From: Parcubacteria group bacterium LiPW_15
Lineage (GTDB): Bacteria > Patescibacteriota > Minisyncoccia > UBA6257 > 2-01-FULL-56-20
Direction: 5' to 3'
DNA length: 64,000 nt
Assembly (NCBI GenBank): GCA_007375645.1
Contig: VMER01000001.1
Location: 5,139 to 69,138, forward strand
How positions within the stretch are numbered: the first letter of the stretch is position 1; every line of letters begins with the position of its first letter. The translations under genes and the position numbers were made by a program. This document shows positions 54,174-61,157 of the stretch, in pieces. Below the pieces are notes generated by a model that did not search any database, had not been told where the DNA came from, and saw nothing but the letters and a program-made list of their open reading frames with translations.

Positions 54174-56019
54174 CATCGTAGCTTTTGAGGAGTCTCTAAG
54201 CGACGATTGGTCGCGAGATCTTGGGGTGAGAGAAGTACCTCTTAAGAGCCGGCCGCTTTTGTTTTTGGGCGCGGTCATCTTTTTGATCGGGGCCGTACTC
54301 GGCGGCAGGCTTTTGTTTTTGGGTGTCGGGAAGGGGGAGGCCTATGCCAAAAGAGCGGATTTGAATTTAAATTTAGTGGATCGCACTCCCGCTCCGCGTG
54401 GTGAGATATTTAGCCGAGAGGGAGTTGTTCTCGCCGACAGCCGGGCGGTTTTTTCCGCGAAGCTCAATGTCAAAGAATTTTTATACAAACAAGGCGAACA
54501 AGCCCAGATCCTTTCCGAGATAGAAAAGATCTTAGGACTTAGATCCGAAGAGGTTTGGTCTCTTATAAACGAAAAAAACACCGACCTGGATGAGCGAGTG
54601 GAACCGATTATTCTTTCCGAAGATCTCGGGCAAAACGAACTTTTGGCGCTAAAAAGCGCGAAAATCCCAACAATAAAAATTGAAGAGACCTATAAACGCT
54701 TTTACCCGCAAGGCGAAACTCTGGCGTCCGTTTTGGGATATGTGGGTTTGGTGACCGGGAAAGATCTGGCGGAAGATCCTAGGCTTACCGGCGAAGACTA
54801 CGTCGGCAAAGCTGGACTTGAGGCATTTTACGGCGAAAGCTTATTGGGCACCCCCGGAGTGGCCACGGAACTTAGAAACGCAAAAGGGGAGGTGATAGGT
54901 CCTGGAAAAAATACCGAAGCGAAAATAGGGGAATCACTCAAAACAACTATAGATCTGGAATTCCAAAAATATTTTTTTAGCCGCATGAAGAGCGGTTTAA
55001 GGAGTCTTGGGCGCACGACCGGCGTAGGGCTGGCTTTTAATCCCAAGACCGGGGAAGTGCTTTCGATGGTCACGTTGCCTTCGTTTGATAATAATATTTT
55101 TCACGAAAGCGGAAAAAGTGCCGAAAGAACCGAGCTTCTGACTTCCCCGCTCCGTCCTCTTTTCAATCGTGCGGTCAGCGGCGCATATTCTCCAGGTTCG
55201 ACCATTAAGCCGCTCGTCGGAGTGGCGGCTCTGGCCGAAGGCGTGGTAGATCCTCAAAAGTCCGTTTTTTCTCCAGGCTACCTGGATGTTCCGAATCCTT
55301 ACGATCCGGAAAAACCCACGAGATTTTTGGATTGGCGTTATCAGGGCACCATCAACCTTTACTCCGCTATCGCGCAGTCTTCAAACGTTTATTTCTATAC
55401 CGTAGGCGGAGGAGCATTTGACGTTAAGGGTTTGGGTATTTCGAGGCTCAGAGATTGGTGGGCCGAGTTCGGGTTGGGGAGTAAGACCGGGATAGATCTG
55501 CCGGGCGAAGCCTCCGGATTTTTGCCGAGCGCGGACTGGAAAGAAAGTTCCGGGAGAGGTCCGTGGCTTCTGGGAGATACCTATCATGCCTCAATCGGCC
55601 AAGGCGATTTGCAGGTTACCCCCGTGCAGCTTTTGGACTATATAGCCGGTATCGCCAACGGCGGGAAAATTATGACACCTACCTTAAATCTCGCCGAAAT
55701 CGGGAAATTACGCATTGACCTTAGTCCTCTCTTGCCGGAAATAACGGAAGTTCAAAAAGGAATGCGCGCGACCGTGACCTCGGCCATAGGAACAGCTCAT
55801 CTTCTGAACGATTTACCGGTTAAGGTTGCGGCCAAGACCGGTTCGGCACAGATTCAGAACAACGCGTCCGAGAATGCATTTTTCGTGGGTTATGCGCCTT
55901 ATGACGATCCGGAGATAGCTATTTTGGTGCTTATCGAACACGCGAAAGAGGGGAGTTTGAACGCGGTTCCGATAGCGAAGGACGTGCTCGCGTGGTATTA
56001 TGAACACAGAATAAAATAG
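54154..56019 (+). CDS. mrdA: Penicillin-binding protein 2
   Basis: APRGEIF, RFYP, PGSTIK (SxxK), SSN (SxN), KTG motifs. Confidence 0.93.
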   Translation: MEDKDYNIVAFEESLSDDWSRDLGVREVPLKSRPLLFLGAVIFLIGAVLGGRLLFLGVGKGEAYAKRADLNLNLVDRTPAPRGEIFSREGVVLADSRAVFSAKLNVKEFLYKQGEQAQILSEIEKILGLRSEEVWSLINEKNTDLDERVEPIILSEDLGQNELLALKSAKIPTIKIEETYKRFYPQGETLASVLGYVGLVTGKDLAEDPRLTGEDYVGKAGLEAFYGESLLGTPGVATELRNAKGEVIGPGKNTEAKIGESLKTTIDLEFQKYFFSRMKSGLRSLGRTTGVGLAFNPKTGEVLSMVTLPSFDNNIFHESGKSAERTELLTSPLRPLFNRAVSGAYSPGSTIKPLVGVAALAEGVVDPQKSVFSPGYLDVPNPYDPEKPTRFLDWRYQGTINLYSAIAQSSNVYFYTVGGGAFDVKGLGISRLRDWWAEFGLGSKTGIDLPGEASGFLPSADWKESSGRGPWLLGDTYHASIGQGDLQVTPVQLLDYIAGIANGGKIMTPTLNLAEIGKLRIDLSPLLPEITEVQKGMRATVTSAIGTAHLLNDLPVKVAAKTGSAQIQNNASENAFFVGYAPYDDPEIAILVLIEHAKEGSLNAVPIAKDVLAWYYEHRIK

Positions 56020-56079
56020 TAAGCAGCAGGGAGAAGGTGGTGAGTAAAAATAAAAAACGGGATAAAGGAGCCATCGTAA

Positions 56080-56448
56080 ATGAAGAAAAAGTATTACAAC
56101 AAACTTGTTCGAGATAGGATACCCGAAAAGATCAGAAGTAAGGGCAAGGACTGTGAGATTAAGAAGCTGAAATCCAAAGAATTTGAAACGGAACTTCTCA
56201 AAAAAGTTGGTGAAGAAGCGAGCGGTCTTTTGTCGGCGAAGAATCTCGAGGAGCTTATATCGGAACTTGCTGATATTTTGGCCGTGATAGACGAGATAAA
56301 AAAGATAAAGAAAATATCTCAGAAGCAAATCTTAGAAGCAATGCAGTCAAATTTTAAGCGGAAAGGAGGATTCGATAAAAGACTGTTTCTTTTTTGGTCC
56401 TCTGATGTTGGATATAAAACCAACGAACGGTCGTATAAAAAAAGATAA
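56080..56448 (+). CDS. MazG-like NTP pyrophosphohydrolase
   Basis: YNKLVRDRIP, EEAS, ELADIL, KRKGGF. Confidence 0.88.
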   Translation: MKKKYYNKLVRDRIPEKIRSKGKDCEIKKLKSKEFETELLKKVGEEASGLLSAKNLEELISELADILAVIDEIKKIKKISQKQILEAMQSNFKRKGGFDKRLFLFWSSDVGYKTNERSYKKR

Positions 56449-56467
56449 TCCGAATCAATCATTTACC

Positions 56468-57457
56468 ATGAGCGAATTAAGACAAGATCTTGTTTCCGGC
56501 GATTGGATAATTCTCGCGGGCGATCGCGCAAAACGGCCGCATGATTGGAAAAAGAAAACTAAGCGTATAAAAGCGCCGAAAAACACCTGCCCTTTTGAAG
56601 ATCTTGAAAAATCAGGCAATGCGCCGATAGAGCTTTTCCCGCCAAGCGATGATTGGAAGCTTGCCGTTATACCGAATAAGTATCCGGCTTTAATTCCACG
56701 GGTGACCGGCGCTTCGGAACGCCGCGTAGGTCCGTATTCGACGGTCGACGGCGTGGGCCATCATGAGTTGGTGATCACTCGCGACCACGAAAAGAATATT
56801 CCGAAAATGAACCTCAAGGATGCGACGGAATTATTCCGAGTTTTTAAGCACCGCCTGAATGTGCTTTCTCAAGACCCCTACAGCAACTATTCTTCGCTCT
56901 GGCATGCCTGGGGCCAATCGGCCGGAGCCTCGATCTACCATCCCCATTATCAGATACTGACCCTGCCCATAGTTCCTCCGGATATCCGCCGGTCTTTTGA
57001 AGGTTCCGCGCGTTATGCGAGAGAGCATAAAAAATGCGTGCATTGCGTGATGCTGGCTTACGAAAAGAAGCATAAAAAAAGAATAATTTATGAGAATGCG
57101 GAAGCCATTGCTCTTGCCCCGTTCGTTTCCAAACAACCGTTCGAGGTTAGAATATTTCCGAAGAAGCACTTTTCGCATTTTGAGAAGACTTCGGACAAGG
57201 TGCTTTGCGGAACAGTGGACGCTCTTGCCTTCACTCTTCGCAAAGTAAGCGAAAAACTTGGAGATCCGGACTACAATTTCTTCTTGCATACCGCTCCGTT
57301 CAGGGACGCGAACGAGTATAAGATGTATCACTGGCACATGGAGGTAATTCCAAAAACCTCGTTTCTGGGAGGTTTTGAATGGAGTACGGGCATAGACATA
57401 AATACTGTCGATCCGGATGAGGCCGCGAAAGTATTGCGCAGCAATAAGAAGAGATGA
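56468..57457 (+). CDS. galT: Galactose-1-phosphate uridylyltransferase (GalT-like)
   Basis: SELRQD, RAKRP, CPF, NKYPAL, GASIYHPHYQ, YHWH. Confidence 0.88.
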   Translation: MSELRQDLVSGDWIILAGDRAKRPHDWKKKTKRIKAPKNTCPFEDLEKSGNAPIELFPPSDDWKLAVIPNKYPALIPRVTGASERRVGPYSTVDGVGHHELVITRDHEKNIPKMNLKDATELFRVFKHRLNVLSQDPYSNYSSLWHAWGQSAGASIYHPHYQILTLPIVPPDIRRSFEGSARYAREHKKCVHCVMLAYEKKHKKRIIYENAEAIALAPFVSKQPFEVRIFPKKHFSHFEKTSDKVLCGTVDALAFTLRKVSEKLGDPDYNFFLHTAPFRDANEYKMYHWHMEVIPKTSFLGGFEWSTGIDINTVDPDEAAKVLRSNKKR

Positions 57458-57801
57458 GTATTTTAAAGACCGCCCCGAAACATCGTCTTATAAGCGGTAT
57501 CTTTGCCGTTAGTTTTTTTCTGACCGTCTATGCCTCGGTCTGGGCCTATGTCGCCCTGCATTCCTCTTCCCAGCAGTTGATTCTACACTTCAGCGAGTAT
57601 AGCGGTATCACCAAAACTGGAGGTGTTGCCGAGCTGACGCTTTTTGGTGTTTCAGGGTGCATTCTGGTAGCGGTCAACTTCTTTCTGGCCCTGCTTCTCG
57701 AAGAGCGGGAACACTTTTTGGGCCGTCTTTTGACCGGAGCCACCCTTTTCACGGCTGTATTGATTTTTATAGCGGTATCGGCTATTATTAGCGTTAATTG
57801 A
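57454..57801 (+). CDS. Small three-TM membrane protein
   Basis: Three hydrophobic segments with ILHF loop; ATGA overlap with galT. Confidence 0.75.
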   Translation: MSILKTAPKHRLISGIFAVSFFLTVYASVWAYVALHSSSQQLILHFSEYSGITKTGGVAELTLFGVSGCILVAVNFFLALLLEEREHFLGRLLTGATLFTAVLIFIAVSAIISVN

Positions 57802-57837
57802 GACAGGGAAGCATAAATCACCAACTACAAACTAACT

Positions 57838-58149
57838 ATGGCAAATTTTGCGGTTATCGAAACCGGCGGTAAACAGTATAAGGTAGCCCCCGGAGAAAAA
57901 GTAAAAGTTGAGAAACTGGACGCCAAAGAAGGCGATTCTTTTAAGTTTGATAAGGTTCTTTTGACCGCCGACGGCGACAAAGTGGAAGTGGGAGCGCCTT
58001 ACGTGAACGGAGCGGCTGTCGAAGCCAAGGTTCTGGAACAGGGCAGGGCTGACAAGGTCATAGTCTTTAAGTATCACTCCAAGACGAGATATCGAAAACG
58101 AAAGGGACATCGCCAGATGTTTACCGAACTGGAAATAGTTAAGATTTAA
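57838..58149 (+). CDS. rplU: 50S ribosomal protein L21
   Basis: FAVIETGGKQYKV, VGAPYV, KVIVFKY, GHRQ. Confidence 0.97.
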   Translation: MANFAVIETGGKQYKVAPGEKVKVEKLDAKEGDSFKFDKVLLTADGDKVEVGAPYVNGAAVEAKVLEQGRADKVIVFKYHSKTRYRKRKGHRQMFTELEIVKI

Positions 58150-58160
58150 ATTAGCCTAAT

Positions 58161-58195
58161 ATCAAAAACTCCCGCGATTCACGGGAGTTTTTGAT
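58161..58195 (+). terminator. Intrinsic terminator of rplU
   Basis: atcaaaaactcccg-cgattca-cgggagtttttgat. Confidence 0.85.
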
Positions 58196-58272
58196 TGGGA
58201 TCACGTTGTTATTATTTAATTAAGCCCGCCTGGTTTCAATAACGAAACCAGACTTCGGAGATATTTTTGGAT

Positions 58273-58298
58273 AAAAAGAGGCGCCCCGATGGGGCGCC
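58273..58298 (-). terminator. Intrinsic terminator of the minus-strand ORF+RNA unit
   Basis: Minus strand ggcgcccc-atc-ggggcgcc-tcttttt. Confidence 0.8.
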
Positions 58299-58652
58299 GT
58301 TGTCTGCTACTTTTACGCTCGCAGACGTGCAACCTCGGTGGGCTAATTCCGAGGATATGCCCGAGAACAAAATGAGTGGATGATTCTACTTTTCGGACAG
58401 AACGGGCTTCCGGCCCGTCTCCCTTTTAAGGGGAGCCTCATCCTTTTGGAATGTTTCGTCCGTCCGCCGACTGCCGGGGAATCAACCCGGCTTACCGAAT
58501 GGCCCGCTAGATTTCGCACTTTTGATTGCTAATCTGCTTGACGGCTGTTCAGCTGTCGGTTATTTGGCATCACCCTTTCTCCGCTCGAGTTGGCCTCGTG
58601 TTGCGTGGGGCTGTTTCGAGTGACTTGTTCGAGGTGGAGAGATGGTCGTAGG
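58299..58652 (-). ncRNA. Candidate large structured RNA of unknown class
   Basis: ~350 nt between an ORF stop and a terminator, with at least six stem-loops and no credible ORF. Confidence 0.5.
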
Positions 58653-58967
58653 TTAGCCGACGACGACCAACCCTCTCTGGTTGGAGGCGCTCCAGCTGAG
58701 GAGGCGCTTGGTCGCGAGAGCCTTCTCCGCTTCCATGGCCACCACCTCCAGGATCTTCTGAGCCTTGGCGACCCTCTCCTTCCAGGTTCGGGTCCCCCCG
58801 AGGCGGAACCGGACGAGGGTGACGGCCTCCCTGGCCTCGTCCATCTGGACGGTGAGGCGTTCGAGATCGTCCTTGGTGTCGACAGCCGCGAGCTGGGTGA
58901 CCAACTCGCAGGCCGCGACGAGCGGCTGTTCGGTGACGGGGGTGACGGAAGTCGTCTTCTGGTCCAT
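58653..58967 (-). CDS. Orphan helical protein, 104 aa
   Basis: Strong SD (GAGGAGGT) before ATG; GC-rich third positions; consensus promoter upstream. Confidence 0.7.
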   Translation of the reverse strand: MDQKTTSVTPVTEQPLVAACELVTQLAAVDTKDDLERLTVQMDEAREAVTLVRFRLGGTRTWKERVAKAQKILEVVAMEAEKALATKRLLSWSASNQRGLVVVG

Positions 58968-59007
58968 GATGTGGACCTCCTCTCGTTTAGTCCCGGAGTG
59001 AAGCGGG

Positions 59008-59027
59008 CCTGCCTGCCGGCAGGCAGG
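59008..59027. repeat. Perfect 20-bp palindrome CCTGCCTGCCGGCAGGCAGG (family B)
   Basis: Identical to 20849-20868; sits in the apex of a long hairpin 58986-59062. Confidence 0.9.
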
Positions 59028-59085
59028 GATAAGTTTAGGCGCCGCTTTACTCCGGAACTAAATAGGATTTAAGTTTCTGCCGGAA

Positions 59086-59114
59086 ATTATAGCATGGCCA
59101 CAAGAAAATGTCAA
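59086..59114 (-). promoter_or_regulatory. Consensus sigma-70 promoter
   Basis: Minus strand TTGACA-17 bp-TATAAT with extended -10 TG. Confidence 0.9.
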
Positions 59115-59179
59115 TAGCCCTCAAAAAGCCTCAAAAATAAGGTTTTTTTAAGCATTTATTTTCAGTCGTTGTCGCGAAC

Positions 59180-60739
59180 TTAGTTTATGTAGAACTTCAG
59201 GGCCCCTGCGGGAATTGAACTCTCGTCTTTTGAGAGAACGTAGTGGATGTTCTTCTTTGCCTGGCCAGCCGGAGTAAAGGTGTCGGTTATGAACATCACG
59301 GTTTGCGAGGGCATTGGAATTCCGCGCACATCGACTCCCTGGGCTTTGACCACAACATACTTCGGAGTTTCTATCGGCAGGGCCAACAGCTCTTTTCCGA
59401 GTTTAATTTGATCCGCGGCAAAGGCGTTTGGAACATTTGGATTTTTACCCCAGAGGATAAAATAGGTTGTTGCAGCTTCAAGGACGAGCAATGCAAAAAG
59501 AATCACGGAGCACGCACGCACAGTTTTTATGAGACGGTCTCCGTTATGAGAGATATGGGAGAGATGAATAATTTTTTCATAAAGCCAATTCGCGCCCCAG
59601 CCTGCCAAAAGCATCACAACCGGAAGGAAGAGAATGGAGCGCAAAGCATGCGGCATTCCCTCATTCGAGATGACGACCGGCAAGACAGCCAAAATGATCC
59701 AAGCCATCATTAATGTGGCGGGTAGGGCATAACCTCTATCTTCTCCATGGGCAAATTTTTTCCACACTGCCCGAACCGTTAAGATCGTACCCATCCACAA
59801 AAATATTCCAACCGGCCAAAACACTTCCGGCCGGCCGGCAAAATTGTGGCGCCAATTCCAGTCGCCCATAAAATTGAACATTCCGGCAGTTTTCAAAATA
59901 TTAAGCGAAAGATCTTTGAGGGGGGTAGGAGAGTTCATGATCGAAACCTGGGTGGTGCGCCCCATGAAGTCCGCCGGGTTATGAAGAAAATAAAGACCTA
60001 TCGGCGCCGCCACCAGAAATGTCACGCCTATAAAAACAGCCGTGCATTTCCAAAATCCTTTATGCCGGCCAAAGAACGGAATTAGAACCAAGAAAAGCAG
60101 AGGCATTACCCGGAAAGCGATATAGGAATAAAATCCGAGTCCGAAAAATATTCCGGCGACACCGGCGTATATGAGAGTTGTGGAGTTTTTATTATCCGAA
60201 GACTTGCGGATAGCGTGCAGGAAAAAATAAAGCGCCCATACCAAAAAAAACGGAGCCATGATCGCCCGAAAGCCTATGCGGGAGAAATTTATGTGCCAAA
60301 AGCTGGTAGCCAGAAAGAATGCCGCCAAAAGCCCCACTCTCTTTGAAAAGAATTCTTTGCCCAGGAAATAAAGGCCCAAAACGGTAAGTATTCCGAATAT
60401 CGGACTCGGGAATCTTAGCGCCCAAGGCTTGCCCTCCCGATTTTCGCCGCCAGAATTTTCGGAAGGTGAAAGAACTTCCCAAAATTTAAGCGAGAGGGCT
60501 TGGATGTTCATGAAAAGCCCTTCCCGTCCGTTATTTTCCGGATAGAAGACCTTTCCGACGAAGGCGGATCCGCCCCTGGCGGAGAAGGCGCCGTTGTCTA
60601 AGATTTCCAAGGCATTGTTGCCGTTCATGGCTTCATCCGGATAAAGGCCGGGCGGAAGTTCTTTCAAATGGTAGAGGCGCAGTCCTCCTGCTATAATTAA
60701 GATAAGAGCAAGAAGCCAGAAGCTTTTTTGTTTCCCCAT
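59180..60739 (-). CDS. ArnT/PMT-like (GT-C) membrane glycosyltransferase
   Basis: LRLYHL...PPGLYPDEA, ALRFPS, SFWHINFSR, many TM helices. Confidence 0.9.
   Translation of the reverse strand: MGKQKSFWLLALILIIAGGLRLYHLKELPPGLYPDEAMNGNNALEILDNGAFSARGGSAFVGKVFYPENNGREGLFMNIQALSLKFWEVLSPSENSGGENREGKPWALRFPSPIFGILTVLGLYFLGKEFFSKRVGLLAAFFLATSFWHINFSRIGFRAIMAPFFLVWALYFFLHAIRKSSDNKNSTTLIYAGVAGIFFGLGFYSYIAFRVMPLLFLVLIPFFGRHKGFWKCTAVFIGVTFLVAAPIGLYFLHNPADFMGRTTQVSIMNSPTPLKDLSLNILKTAGMFNFMGDWNWRHNFAGRPEVFWPVGIFLWMGTILTVRAVWKKFAHGEDRGYALPATLMMAWIILAVLPVVISNEGMPHALRSILFLPVVMLLAGWGANWLYEKIIHLSHISHNGDRLIKTVRACSVILFALLVLEAATTYFILWGKNPNVPNAFAADQIKLGKELLALPIETPKYVVVKAQGVDVRGIPMPSQTVMFITDTFTPAGQAKKNIHYVLSKDESSIPAGALKFYIN
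60432..60467. repeat. Degenerate palindromic insert (family D) inside the GT-C gene
   Basis: ccctcccga...tcggaaggt imperfect arms; encodes PSENSGGENREG in a loop. Confidence 0.5.
60554..60583. repeat. 30-bp palindromic insert (family C) inside the GT-C gene
   Basis: tccgacgaa-ggcggatccgcc-cctggcgga; exactly 10 codons, SARGGSAFVG. Confidence 0.75.
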
Positions 60740-60764
60740 ATAAACATTCTAACAAACGCACCCG

Positions 60765-61157
60765 ATGGAAAACGAAAAAATAGAAAAATTAGTAACCGAA
60801 GCGGAAGAAACCAGACTCATAGAGGCAGCCAAACTGCATGCCGAGTCTGTGGAGGGAAAAGAAATGAAGGGTGAAGAACTAATGAAGAAGGCAATTCAAT
60901 CCGTAACTCAAACCGTGCCGGTTCCGGAGCAGGCTGAGCCAAATTCCATTCAGAATCCTTTGACCGATTACACCGCGCAAGAACCGGAAGAAGTAAAAAG
61001 GAAGATCGAAGATCTTCTGCAGATCGCGGCGACCGATGGAATAGTCAGGGCTACGGAGGCGGCAAAACACGCCTCACCTTTCATCCTGGATGCTTTTCAT
61101 GACGCTTTAGCGGCAAAAGTCTATCCATACCTTCGGGAGAAAGGATTATTCAAATAA
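60765..61157 (+). CDS. Hypothetical protein
   Basis: 130 aa, PFILDAFHDALA motif; TAATG overlap with the downstream ATPase gene. Confidence 0.75.
   Translation: MENEKIEKLVTEAEETRLIEAAKLHAESVEGKEMKGEELMKKAIQSVTQTVPVPEQAEPNSIQNPLTDYTAQEPEEVKRKIEDLLQIAATDGIVRATEAAKHASPFILDAFHDALAAKVYPYLREKGLFK

Noticed and set aside
58351-58495. RNase P RNA on the + strand (AACCCGGCTTA at ~58484-58494 resembles the conserved 3' motif)
   Set aside because: No GAGGAAAGTCC partner for P4 upstream; the CCCGGC pairs locally with GCCGGG; promoter and terminator point to the minus strand.
58299-58967. tmRNA (ORF plus structured RNA)
   Set aside because: No tRNA-Ala-like ends or T-loop, and the ORF has its own SD and ATG.
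58590-59072. 160-aa + strand ORF
   Set aside because: Antisense to the SD-led ORF, TTG start, and runs through the hairpin and palindrome.
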